DNA from: Octopus vulgaris
Lineage: Eukaryota
Assembly: GCA_951406725.2 (NCBI GenBank)
Contig: OX597817.1
Location: 29,760,001-29,824,000 of the forward strand
Length of the DNA stretch: 64,000 nucleotides
Direction of reading: 5' to 3'
The translations under genes were made by a program, and so were the position numbers. Position 1 is the stretch's first letter. The number at the start of each line of letters is the position of its first letter. The notes beneath the pieces are model-generated. The model did not search any database, was not told the DNA's origin, and saw nothing but the letters and a program-made list of their open reading frames with translations. This document shows, one piece after another, positions 1 to 12,996 of the stretch.

Positions 1-504
1 ATCATAAACAAACTTATTGTTACACAGACAAAGTAAAATTTTGTGTGCGTGTGTAAATGTTTGCATCTATGTATGTGTTTATGTATTCTCCTCTTTTAAT
101 GCTTAACACTGTTGGATACGATGTTTTGTAAAATCTCTGAGATTTCTAGGAGAAAAGGTAAGAATGATCCTCAGATTAAACCATGGTGCAGAACGGAGTG
201 AGCTAAACAGATACTTTAAATTGGATGATGAACAATGCCCTTTACCCACCAGCCGGTCTACACTGACGAACTTATCACATTATTTTTGTTTACTCAGTTT
301 TTCTCACAAAGTTTAGGTCAGTCAGGTACTGTAGTAAAAACACTCGTTCAAATCCCGAACGATGTTGATCAGATCTAGTTCAAAAAGTTTGCCTTCATAC
401 CTCTTTATACTTTGTTATGTTTGCACCCATTTCCCTGCAAAGTATTGTCTAATTCATGATATCAGGGATGCAGGCAACAATTAGGAAAGCTGATTCCCAA
501 GACC

Positions 505-790
505 CAGGCCCAGATCAAGAGCTATAAAGGCCTTAAGCACTTAAAAGCTTTTGGTATCTCCATATGTACATAATTCAAAATATAAACCTTAAAATAATAT
601 TTTTTATTTTTCAAAATGAAACGAAAGCAGCAGTAAGATGGAAATAAGGTTTATTTTTGTATGCTTCAAATTTATATTTAGTCGAAAAGTTTTTCCTACT
701 AGTTTTAAATGCTAAGTCTTTGATCAGATCCTCAAAATAATCACACGTAACACATCTGTTTCTATACTTAGTAGAGATAAGTTATCCTGA
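505..790 (-). mobile_element. Degenerate 3' end of a hAT-like DNA transposon
   Basis: Minus strand reads DNLSLLSIETDVLR..FEDLIKDLAFKTSRKKL, similar to the hAT C-terminal dimerisation region; CAGGCCCAGATC at ~505 resembles a hAT terminus. Confidence 0.45.
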
Positions 791-2746
791 ATACTATTTT
801 AGCTAGTTTAAAGTGATTTGTTTTGTGCCGTATACCATTTACTATTTCTGCGATGTCTCTCTTCCCTTGATGTCCTAAGTACGTACTTATTTTACTTAAT
901 GGTTAATCTGGCGCGACCCTGGAACCACTAAAAAGCCAGCGCAAGAAGTTTCACTAAACTAGCTTCTAGTAACAGAAACCTGACCACCATTTCTGTACTG
1001 AAGGATGCTAGTAGATTTTAGTATTTTAGCACAAAGTTGTCTCTGCTTGAGCAGACGTATGATTAAAATCATCCCAATGATAATCATCATCTTTTTTGCC
1101 AGGCATCATTTATCTAATGCTATATGATCCGTTGACTGAATAATTTGATAGATCGGGGAATCATACAGAAGCATTTTTTTTTTATTATTTGTGAAATGGA
1201 GGCAATGTACATATATTTAAGATCAGAATATTTTGCAAGACTCGTAACCAAATTCAGTTATCTAAAACAAACACAATATTGCTGATAAATTTAAATCGCC
1301 CCCAACCCACCACTACTAATTTCTCGGCATAAATGCTGTAATGATTTAGGCACGAATTAGAACAATTGGTTGCCTAAATCATTAGCTGTTATCAAGTTCC
1401 ATTTATTCTCACCAATCTACAGAGCAACTATAGATTATAGTTCGTAGAACGGCTGCTTTATTTAAAGCGTAATTTTCGAATTCGTTTCTAGTTGGCAACT
1501 GTTAAATTTTCACTTTTCACAAATCACAGCATGAATATTGAAACATTCAGTATACTAAAGTATATACACGGAAAGTAAGTAATTCAGTATAATGAAGTAT
1601 ATTTGTAGTTGTGCTTGGCCTAGTGATTAGGATGTTGAACTCACTATCATAAGATCGTAGGTTCGATTCTTAGACTGGACAGCACGATATGTACCTCAGA
1701 AATTCATTTTAACTTGCACTGATTCAGGCTACACAACTGAAAATGCGTAGCAACTAAGTGATGATGCCGCCTACTATTTGTTTTCTCTCACTTCAGTAAT
1801 CACATCCATAACGTTCCTTAGAGCCAAGGGTAAGAAGGTTGAGAAGAATATTGTCTATGTTAGTTCGCAACTACACATAAAATATGTAGCAAAAGCATAC
1901 TAAGGTAAAAGAAAAAATTTGTCACAAAAAAAAAATTAGAAAGCCAACAGCAAGAGAAAATTATTCATTTCACCATAAGTTGTTTCTATTTCACTTTAGT
2001 ATCATTGCTTAGGTCGAAACGAAACTGCAGTAAATTAAAACATGTTCACTCGCTTTCTATTGATTCTAACTTAGAATTTCACCTTATTTTCATCATTGAT
2101 TCCAAGCCTTGAATAGACAGAAAGTCACGGCCCAGCATTCTAGTCATGACCAGTTGAAAGTTTTCTATAAGTCTCGTTACCATTATTTTCAAACTTCCAA
2201 GATTAAGTATCCTGATGGCTAATGATTCCGAAATCAATAATTTTGATATTTATGCTATTTCCAAAAGGATTTCCAGGTTGACACTAAGAAATAAGATAAC
2301 AATTAGAGTAAGAGAGCAAATACGTTAATGTTACTATATTTAATGCAAAAAGCATTCAATATGTTTCTCGAAAATAATTATGTGATGAGGAAAAAAGAAT
2401 ATTATTCATTGACTGATTATTTTTATGGGAGACAACGCTGGACATGCTTTGGCATTATACTGATCTCATCAATAGAGTCTAGACGTGCCAAAATAATGGA
2501 GAAAGAATAGTTTGTAAGTAAAAATTATTTAGAGAATGAATACCTCGAGTAATTCAAATTGCGTTAAAAAAGAATAGTCAAGTTACTCGTAAAATATTTA
2601 ATGCAGGCAGCATTACTAGAAATAGCTAGAAATAATTACGCAATGAGGAAATTTTAATGATACCAGCGAATAATGATAACAATTCAGATGTATTTTTGAT
2701 CTTTGCTACAATGTCTGAATGTATATTCTTTTCTGTGCATTTGTAA

Positions 2747-2804
<58 letters not shown>

Positions 2805-2854
2805 ATATAATATAATATAATATAATATAATATAATATAATATAATATAATATA
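2747..2854. repeat. (TA)n followed by (ATATA)n microsatellite
   Basis: Seen directly. Confidence 0.95.
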
Positions 2855-3269
2855 ACAGAATATAATATATATCCCGTCCTGTGTATGTGTGTGTAAAAGA
2901 TTATAACGGCTGAATTTATCATCTTATTTTCTCGAAACTGGGAACATACATTACTTATGTTCCAGGGATGGTTTTAGACACTTAAAAGTTTTCACATAAT
3001 GCTATCAGGCCCCCTGGGGGAAGAAAAACTCCGTCCCTGGGTTACGTGGAAAAGGGAGGTAACTCTGCGAAGTAACTTTCAGAAGTTGATTGTCTCCTAT
3101 TGGTCATAAAAAAGCAAAAATATTCTTTTCATATTAGATTCACGTCATTGAAAGTTTTTTAAATATTTACTTCCAGTTTTCTAGCGTCAGTGATGTCTAT
3201 ATCTCTCTATTCATATCTCACTAACCATTTCTTTCTATCTCTATCACTCTATATCTCTCTATCTATATT

Positions 3270-3425
<156 letters not shown>

Positions 3426-4130
3426 ATATCATATCTAACTATGTCTATCTTATTTTTCTACCTAGCTAGCTCTCTTTCTCTCTCTCTCTTTATATATATA
3501 TCTCACTCACGTTCTAGTGTTTTCATTTTCATTTTTCAGATGCTACTGTTTTCACTTTAAGTTCAATCGCTATTGTTTTCACTGTAAGTTTTCAATCGCT
3601 GTTTACAAACAACAACCACAAACTACTGACAGAAATAAGTTCACAATTACTGATGAAAGTTATTTCATACATAATTTACGGACAGAAATAACTTCAAAAA
3701 TTTCCCTTCATTCTGTACACTTTTGTTGTTAATGGAATTACTACTAAAATTAAGTTCATAATTTACTGATAGAAGTAACTTCATAAATTTTACTTCAATC
3801 CGTAAACTTAGTTAATTTCCCTAAAAATTTCTTATTTACTTTTGCAGCGATTTTGTGTTTTTCTGTTGTTAATGGCTTTTTTCAGATTCCTTCAATACTG
3901 GCTCTTTGGTTTACTAATTGACTAATTTCGCTTCAACCCGTACAATTCTTTATTTTTCGTAAAAATTTCATATTTATATTCTGCCCGTCGTATTAAGAAA
4001 TATAATTTCCGTTACCTGGTTATTTTCATTGTTTACTATCTTCTGCACATGTGTATTTCCGTATATGTATATAACTACACCTAGAAGGAAAATGTCAAAT
4101 TAGTCTACAGTATAAAGGTCAGCCAAAAGA

Positions 4131-4540
4131 ATGTCTCTGTCCAAGGAAAGAGAGACAGCTGCAGAAATGGAAGGATGCCAAGAAACGAACAGACTGTGCA
4201 CTCTAAAAGCTAGAGCATCTCAAAGCGATGAACAGAGGTATGCACTTCTGACAAGGAGTAGGATCTCCACTGCAGAACGAAGAACAGTTGCAACAGCTCA
4301 GAGAAGCAACTTCCATGAAGCAGCTTAAGATTATGATCCAACAGTTCATTATGCAGATGACACTAGAGTTTCCATTAGTGCAATGACAACTGAGTGCATA
4401 CATTGTAAAGCAAGGAAGTAGCCTAGAGAGACATCTGCACTGTGTTGCAGTGGTGGAAAGGTTTAACTCACTGCAATCCCCCAGCCTCCAGAGCCATTGA
4501 AGAAACTGTTGTCATCAGCTGACCAAGATTCCAAGCACTT
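4131..4540 (+). mobile_element. Helitron Rep/Helicase N-terminal fragment (pseudogenised)
   Basis: Translates as MTTECIHCKARK*PRETSALCCSGGKV*LTAIPQPPEPLKKLLSSADQDSKHF, the CxxC..CC..GKV.L...PPEPL..LL....SKHF motif typical of Helitron RepHel N-termini; contains in-frame stops. Confidence 0.8.
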
Positions 4541-5296
4541 TGAAGGCTATGCATTTGCAATACAAGGAGAGGAGACTGCTACTAAATACCCGATATACAT
4601 AGTGAAACCCTTGGAGTTGCAAGATGTAACCGAAAATGTAGATTATATCATATTTCTGCGGAAGACATCACACATGTGATTAGCATCTGCCCCAAAATAT
4701 CATTAAGATACGACCTCCCTATGCGACACGACATTGTTGCAAAAACTATATGCAATGCCAATCGAAAAAAAATAATACTGTCCTGGAATGAATATAGAGT
4801 ATCCTTCTGTTATTGACTACGTACACAAACAACTACATAAGGAATGCGCGAGGAACATTCCTATGAAAACATCTGTCAAGGGTAAAAATTACAGACCGGA
4901 TACTGTGAGACAGGAAAAGGTATGTATCGTCATAGAGGTCAGCCTGATGTGATTATCTCTGAAAATCAAAGAGAAAGAGTATAACTATGGACAACTGTTT
5001 CGAAACCTCCAGCTTTTATATCTAGAATACAAATTCACATTTACACCAATAATAATTGGTACACACTTAGTTTTGTGAGTAGATGCCTAAGTGACAGTCT
5101 GGATAAGCTTGGATTTTCAGAAAAAGAAATAAACTAACTTGCGCACTACATATACAATCAGTAAGATGGCAAGAGAAAATATTCAAGTTTTTAGAATGTG
5201 ACGATGTTTTCTAAATTCCGACGATGGAGCTTTGGATCTTATCAGAAACCAGCACTTTCTTCAGAGGAAGAATTTAAATAATTAGAAACTTATTAC
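4536..5296 (+). mobile_element. 3' fragment of an RLE-type non-LTR retrotransposon (R4/Dong-like), degenerate
   Basis: HFEGYAFAIQGEE, then EDITHVISICPKISLRYDLPMRHDIVAKTI (zinc knuckle + RHD) and YRPD (RLE catalytic region); ends against (CA)n at ~5297. Confidence 0.75.
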
Positions 5297-5659
5297 ACAC
5301 ACACACACACACATACACACACTCACAGCGCACGCACGCGCGAACGCACTCATGCATGCATAATTCATCTTTATCATCCTCAGTGACTCAATGTTCACTT
5401 TTCCATGCTTGCATGGGTGAGATATGTTTTATTAGAACAAATTTTCCACAGCCGAATTCCCTTCCTGCCTCCAAACCATGCCTATTTCACTGCAAGGTAA
5501 TATCAACCCATAGTCTGACAAGATTTGGCAGAATATCGAATACGAATGACACTGTTCGTATGTCAGTGACCCTCATTTACCACAATCATGCAATATCACA
5601 GGAGACAAAAATACTCAGTCACACACACACACACCTACAATTACACACACGTATTATAT

Positions 5660-6070
5660 ACTCTCTTTACTCTTTTACTCTTTTACTTGTTTCAGTCATT
5701 TGACAGCGGCCATGCTGGAGCACCGCCTTTAGTCGAACAAATCGACCCCGGGACTTATTCTTTGTAAGCCCAGTACTTATTCTATTGGTCTGTTTTGCCG
5801 AACCGCTAAGTGACGGGAACGTAAACACACCAGCATCAGTTGTCAAGCAATGCTAGGGGGACAAACACGCACACACAAACACACACATACACATATATAT
5901 ACATATATACGACAGGCTTCTTTCAGTTTCCGTCTACCAAATCCACTCACAAGGCTTTGGTCGGCCCGGAGCTATAGCAGAAGACACTTGCCCAAGGTGC
6001 CACGCAGTGGGACTGAACCCGGAACCATGTGGTTGGTTAGCAAGCTACTTACCACACAGCCACTCCTGCG
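5660..6070 (-). mobile_element. tRNA-derived SINE, family A (internal CA/TA tract, (AAAAGAGT)n tail)
   Basis: Minus strand has a tRNA-like head (GGAGTGGCTGTGTGGTAAG..GGTTCAGTCCC) and a CORE-like CCTTGGGCAAGT; about ten copies in this window. Confidence 0.9.
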
Positions 6071-6334
6071 GGCATCTTTCAGCTTTTGTCAGCCTAAGCC
6101 ACTCACAAGCCTCTGATTGGACTGAGGCTATTGTAGAAGACAAGTTTCTTCTATTGTGCAGTGGCACTGAAAGTGAAGCCATGTGCTTGAGAAGCAAATT
6201 CTTAAACATTACAGCAACGTCTGCGTCTACATATACACACATAAACTTACGCCTAGTAATATATGGATACACCCACGCACAAACGCACGCACGCACGCAC
6301 ACACATATATATACATATATGTTTGTGTGTATAA

Positions 6335-6429
6335 AGTATATATATATATATATATATACTATATATACATACATTACACACATACATTCATATGTACATA
6401 TATATAATATATATAATATATATATGTAT

Positions 6430-6524
<95 letters not shown>

Positions 6525-6555
6525 TTACACACATACATTCATATGTACACATATA

Positions 6556-6607
<52 letters not shown>

Positions 6608-7692
6608 TTTGATACTTTGATACTTTGATAGGTTTCGGCCATTATTGGCCCAGGCCATGTCTAACTTAATAGCACCACCTGGTGAAGTCTTTCAAGTCAG
6701 AATTTGGGCACTATGGCCCACTCAAGTAGAGAGTTATTGTTTACAGAGACATATCCGGGTGTAGGGGGTTTATCCGGGATTTCTTGAAGGAATCTGTCCA
6801 AAGACTTCTTGAACCCTATAGGGTCAGTTTCTGTTTTAATGTGTTTTGGTGTAATGTTAAAGAGAGCGGGGCCAATTGAGGTGAAATAATTGTGCCGTAT
6901 TGTTGTTATGAGATGAGAGTGCGATTTTTGTTTTGGGCGGATGGCACGGGGCCCAAGCCTTGGATGTACCTTAAAGGTGATGCCAACATCATTTGGGCAA
7001 TGCTGATGGAATATTTTCCACATCATGCAGATGATGTAGCGCTCACGACGACGTTGGAGAGAATAGAGTTTTAGCTTTTCTAGTCGACCCCAATAGTCGA
7101 GGCCTGTCATGCCATCTATCTTTTTTGTGATTGCCCTTTGAGGTGCTTCGACTTTTATGATACCTTGTATTGTGTGGGGAGACCACAGTGGACAACAGTA
7201 TTCAAGGTGGGGTCGGGCAAAAGTGGAGAAGAGAAGGATAATGGTGTGGATATCTCTCGACTGGAAAGTTCTGAGAATCCAGGAACACATTCTGCGGGCC
7301 ATGTCAACTTTGGTGTTTATATGAGTGGCCCAGCTTACGTTGTTGTCCACAATTACTCCCAAGTCTCTGATGTTGTTGGACGCCGCGAGAGTTTCACCTG
7401 AAGGAAGGGAGTATGGGAGTTTCAGGGCATCCTCTTTTCCAAAGTGGATTAGCTCAAATTTATCCTCGTTCAGCAGCATATTGTTTTTTTCTGCCCATTG
7501 GATAACAGCCAGTAGATCTGACTGAAGGCATGTCCGGTCACTCGCCTCATTTATGACCTTCTGTAGCTTGGAGTCATCTGCAAAGATTTTTATGTTGCTG
7601 TGCTTGATGATGTCATTAATGTCATTAATGTAAATGATGAAAAGAAGTGGGCCCAGCACAGTGCCTTGCGGAACGCCACTAATATATATATG

Positions 7693-7760
<68 letters not shown>

Positions 7761-7806
7761 TTATATATACATACATTACACACATACATTCATATGTACA
7801 TATATA

Positions 7807-7844
<38 letters not shown>

Positions 7845-7945
7845 TGTATATACATACATTACACACATACATTCATATGTACATATATATATATATACAT
7901 ACATTGCACACATACATTACATACATTCATATGTGCATATATATA

Positions 7946-7970
<25 letters not shown>
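6335..7970. repeat. Compound (TA)n minisatellite with unit ~CATACATTACACACATACATTCATATGTACATAT, split by a LINE
   Basis: Unit recurs at ~6365, ~6520, ~7770, ~7855 and ~7900, on both sides of the LINE. Confidence 0.85.
6606..7680 (-). mobile_element. 5'-truncated CR1/L2-group LINE (RT C-terminal half, 3' UTR and 8-bp tandem tail)
   Basis: Open frame 7680->6697: [59 protein letters not shown]; (ATCAAAGT)x3 tail at 6606-6629. The listed ORF's N-terminus is only translated TA repeat. Confidence 0.95.
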
Positions 7971-7978
<8 letters not shown>

Positions 7979-8426
7979 TGAATATAAGCAGTTGTTTGCC
8001 ATTCGTTCTGTTTAATATAAGATCTAATCTACAAAATATATTGCATTATTATGAGTTACTTTCCAACGTCTCATATTGTTTGTTCCTGGCAAGAGTTTGT
8101 TGCTTTTTCTTTCATCAATAAGTACTGTAATAGTATTGACATGGTTGATAATAGTAATAATAACCAAGACCGTGATGAGATTAAGGAGAAGCATCGCGGT
8201 GATGATGATGATGTTGGTGAATATAGGTGGTGAGTAAAAAACAGCAGAGATGAAATAAAGGAAGATGCTCTTATTAGAAACATGATAACTCAAGTAATAC
8301 TAATAGTAACGTTGTAATAAAATTATATATGTGTGTATATATAAATATATATATATATATACATACATCCCCCACCCCCAACACACATATATATCGTGGA
8401 TGTGTATTTATATGTATATATGTCAA

Positions 8427-8462
<36 letters not shown>

Positions 8463-8483
8463 CACTTATCTATCTATCTATCT

Positions 8484-8650
8484 TTTTTTTTGTTCTTTTC
8501 TTCCCTTTTACGATCCCTCTTGATCGAAAACCTACGCCACACCTTTTTTTCTGTTTCTTTTGTTTTTTGTTTTTTTCATCCCCCAAAAGAAAAGCTCTAC
8601 CTTGTAACTTGTCCCATCTGTGTGCAGCCCTGTGTGGCCAATAAAGAAAC

Positions 8651-8652
<2 letters not shown>
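8484..8652 (+). mobile_element. 3' UTR fragment of a Tx1/L1-like LINE inserted in (TATC)n
   Basis: Matches 35100-35252, 45055-45325 (-) and 48994-49077; ends CCCTGTGTGGCCAATAAAGAAAC. Confidence 0.65.
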
Positions 8653-8682
<30 letters not shown>

Positions 8683-8876
8683 ACTCACGCAAATGATGGT
8701 TTTGAGGCGTCCACAGATGGGAAGCGCAATGAACAGGGAGAAACTAATAAATATCAAAAGTGAGTTGCTACTCGGAGTTTCGCGTTTCAGTTCCTCTTGT
8801 GACTGAACATATGTAACGTGAAATAATAGTAACATTGTAATAAAATTATGTATGTGTGTATATATATGAATATATA

Positions 8877-9038
8877 GGAATAGGAGTAGCTGTGTGGTAA
8901 GTAGCTAGCTTACGAACCACATAGTTCCGGGTTCAGTCCCACTGCTTGGCACCTTGGGCAAGTGTCTTCTACTATAGCCTCGGGCCGACCAAAGCTTTGT
9001 GAGTTGATTTGGTAGACGGAAACTGAAAGAAGCCCGTC

Positions 9039-9136
<98 letters not shown>

Positions 9137-9351
9137 CTGTGTTTGTGTGTCTGTGTTTGTCCCCCCAACATCACTTGACAACCGATGCTGGTGTGTTTAC
9201 GACCCCGTAACTTAGCGGTTCGGCAAAAGAGACCGATCGAATAAGTACTAGGCTTACAAAGAATAAGTCTTGGGGTCGATTTGTTCGACTAAAGGCGGCG
9301 CTCCAGCATGGCCACAGTCAAATGAGTGAAAGAAGTAAAAGAGTAAAAGAG
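8877..9351 (+). mobile_element. tRNA-derived SINE, family A
   Basis: Full head-to-tail match to the 5660-6070 copy. Confidence 0.9.
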
Positions 9352-9424
9352 ATACATACATCTCCCACGCCAACACACATATATATTGTGGATGTGTGCT
9401 AACGTGTATATGTCAATATCTATC

Positions 9425-9507
<83 letters not shown>

Positions 9508-9999
9508 ACACACATGATGGTTTTGAGGCATCCCACTGATGGGAAACGCAATGAACCAGGAGAAACTAATGAATGTCAAAACGTGAGTTACTACTCGGAG
9601 TTTCGCGTTGCTGTTCCTCTTGTGACTGAAAATCTGTAACGTGAAATTCTCACAGTATGCGCGTCACAGTATATGTTTGTGTATTTTGTTTGTGCCTTCT
9701 ACATAGCATGACGCAGTGATTAAAAACCGGATACGGTTATGGAGGAGTAGTTATGAAGATTGCTTCACAATTCAATGCCAGTGTGGTAATTTGAGGAAAT
9801 ATATTTTACCATAGCTTTGATTTGACCCAAAACTTGCCACGGAAACTGGGTAGATGAAAACTGTTGAATAAATAATATTGAAATTATATCCTGCATTTTT
9901 ACGCTGTGCAGGCTGATTCTGTCTCAGAATTACATTAAAAGTACGGCTGCCTATGAAATGCTCTGTCACATACATGGTAATTCAATGCGTAGGTAGTTT

Positions 10000-10106
<107 letters not shown>

Positions 10107-10146
10107 ATTTATCGGTCTGTCTGTCTCCCACTCACTCATTCACTCA

Positions 10147-10189
<43 letters not shown>

Positions 10190-11078
10190 AACATGTATAT
10201 ATGTATGTATGCAAGTATACATACATACATACACACACCACACACACCACACACACACACACATGTATATGTATGTGGGTGTATGTGTGTGAGGGAAAAT
10301 ATAAAAGTACAAATTACTTTTATGCTTTTGATTTGTGGAAAAGAGGAGGAAGGAAATCAGGCATATTAACTGGGAGGAGCAGCAACCAACGCCCTAAAAC
10401 AATCCGTTAAAAGTGCTTCTCATCTTTTTCCTGCATACCAACTCTATTGAAATAACATATTTACATTATTATTTTACCCAATGAAGATTTGTAATGTATA
10501 AATATTTATATGTTCTTCAAAATCATATTGGTGTTGTACATAAAATATATAGAGCTTCATAAACTATGAGCTATCAAAAACACCCAAAAGTTCCTTTTCT
10601 TACCCTTATTTCTATCCAGACTTTGCTTTTTCCGACAAAGACCTATGCTCGAAACTTTAACAACTCTCTTCTTTCACCGAGCGTCAAATTAATAAATTTC
10701 TTGTGTACAACCTCACATTCTTTTTCTTTTCTTGTTTTTTTTTCTGTTTTTTTTTTTAATTGTCTATATTATGTTAGCTGTTCTACTGCAAGACTAATTT
10801 ATAACTGGCATGTATATACTAGCTAAATCTTCTATGAAATTGGTCGAGGAAGGTAAACCTAGCACATATTTTCTGTGGGAACTAGTCAACAAGCGATGAA
10901 AAGATTGGCCAAAAATCTACTCTCTTATTTTTTCACACATCAAAAGCACGAAAGAATGTGTTTATATTGTTATTTCACGTACAATAAGATCTATATAACA
11001 TTCATATTTTTAGTTTAGCTTTACATTTATTCATGCTGTGATATGCGTTATATACATACATCCAAATTTACAAACATC

Positions 11079-11127
<49 letters not shown>

Positions 11128-11967
11128 ATCTATCTACCTACCTACCTACCTACCTTTCATTCTTTCTCTCTACACACACTCACATAGAGAGAGAGAGAAA
11201 GAGAGAAATAGATAGATAGATAAATAGACAAATATACATAAATCTGTATATCTATAAAAGGCAGGATGTGTGTGTGTGTGTGTATGTGTGTGTGTACGTG
11301 AATGTCCACAAATTAGCAAGCATGTCGCTCCAATTTTAGGAGGACATTCATCATGATCCTAGATGGGTTTTGTCAACTTATTTTCCCCGAGCCCCCCGCG
11401 GATAGCGGTAAAAATCGATTTTCAACCATAACGTTTATCAATTGTGAAGTTTACCAACATAAGTTAAGACCCGTTTTTGCCATACCGAAGTGAATGTGTG
11501 TGTGTGTGTGTGTGAGAGGGGGAGAACGAGTTTGACAGCGTCTAACAAAAAATGTAAAGAGAAAGTGTGTGTGAGGTAAAGAGAATAAATGACAGCGCTC
11601 ATCAAAAATAAAAATGTAAAATGTTATTTTTTCTTAAACACGGGATAGAGTCTTCAAATATAGGATTTTTTAAAAGACGCTATATTTTATAATCAGATTA
11701 CATATATTTTCTCACACAACAATTAAAATACATTTATTCTAAATCACTTAATTATTTATTTTACATTATTCATCTTTCTCCACCCCATCTCACACACATT
11801 ACTTTGGGCTCGAAATAGTTTTGTTTTTATTTTACGTCGAGGAAAAAAGTGTTTTCTGGAGAATCCATTTATTTAACAACAAAGAAACAAGCAGGTAGGT
11901 AACAATTTGTTAGTGAATTACACAATATAAATGTCACATCTTCTACTATATCTACATCTATAAAAGG

Positions 11968-12015
<48 letters not shown>

Positions 12016-12557
12016 TGTGTACATGAATGTAATTTATGCACGTCCACAAATTTGCATGCATGTCGCTCCAATTTTAGGAGGATGTTGGTCACGACCATAG
12101 CTGTGTTTTTGTCAACTTATCTTCCCGAAGGATAGCGGTAAAAATCGATTTTCAACCATAACTTTTACCAATTTCCACGTCAGTGAAATCCTTAACTTTG
12201 CTAACATGAATTAAGTCCCCCGTCTATCAATGGCGAATAAGAAAAACAGGGTAAATTTTAGATAAACAAAACAAAAATCAGATTTTTTTTGCGTGGAATA
12301 AAATACCCTGACCTAATATGCTGCAAATCCCTTTTTTCGTTCGGAAAAAAGGGGGTGGGGCAAGGGGGAAATCCTCCCGGAATCATCTGGAAATTTATTT
12401 TTCGTTGAATGAATTTCTGTGACCTCCTAATATACTACAAAACCCTTTTGGGGGTCAAAAATCAGGATGGGGTGAGGTGGAAGCCTCAGAAATTTTACCC
12501 ACTCCCAAAATGTTACAGAAAAAAATTTTCCAGAGCGTGAATTATATGGTTCGTTAT

Positions 12558-12604
<47 letters not shown>

Positions 12605-12610
12605 ATATAT

Positions 12611-12731
12611 ATCACGTGATCACGTGACTGACCAGTCCATCAGATGTGGTTACACATCGCTGGTCACAATGCGCTTCGCATTGTTTTAGCCTTCAAATGA
12701 CGCCACCCCGCTGGCTAAGCGAGCAGGCCAA
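12611..12731 (-). repeat. 3' end of a short interspersed repeat with a palindromic (TCACGTGA)x2 tail
   Basis: Embedded in (TA)n; a CpG-decayed relative lies at ~52140-52185. Confidence 0.5.
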
Positions 12732-12740
12732 TATATATAT

Positions 12741-12899
12741 GTCTTCCCTTCTCTGGATCTTTCCTTCACCTATGTTTCCGACGAAGAGCTCCGCTCGAAA
12801 CGTTAAACCCTCCTTCTTTCCTGAGCGTCCAATAATACTATATTTGTTCCACGTCCTCGCGTTGTTGTGTTTATTTGTGTTTTCTTGTTTGGATTAACT
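12741..12899 (+). mobile_element. Orphan Penelope-like 3' terminus in (TA)n
   Basis: Shares GAAGAGC..GCTCGAAACGTTAAA...TTTCCTGAGCG with the pseudo-LTR of the 38569-43915 element; flanked by TA tracts. Confidence 0.7.
12774..12808 (+). ncRNA. Minimal type I hammerhead-like motif (CCGACGA core variant)
   Basis: GTTT-CCGACGA-A-GAGC TCC GCTC-GAAA-CG-TT-AAAC: stem I GTTT/AAAC, stem II GAGC/GCTC, palindromic ACGT stem III. Confidence 0.7.
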
Positions 12900-12906
12900 A
12901 TATATA

Positions 12907-12996
<90 letters not shown>

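Larger units (their letters stand above)
8301..9646 (+). repeat. Tandem duplication of a ~350-bp unit, each copy later hit by a different insertion
   Basis: 8301-8823 and 8824-9646 share TAATAGTAAC..., CATCCCCCACCCCCAACAC... and ATGATGGTTTTGAGGC...GTAACGTGAAAT. Confidence 0.8.

Noticed and set aside
3640-3700. CTGATGA...GAAA
   Set aside because: The GAAA is buried in the AAGTTATTTC/GAAATAACTT stem; no hammerhead topology.
5217-5262. CCGACGA..GAAACCAGC in the R4-like 3' UTR
   Set aside because: No UH site or convincing stems.
5850-6116. Recurrent ORF ..[30 protein letters not shown]..
   Set aside because: Antisense translation of SINE family A, not a gene family.
6335-7970. Repeated ~35-bp unit with variable spacers resembling a CRISPR array
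   Set aside because: Spacers are TA microsatellite, the context is eukaryotic and there are no cas genes.
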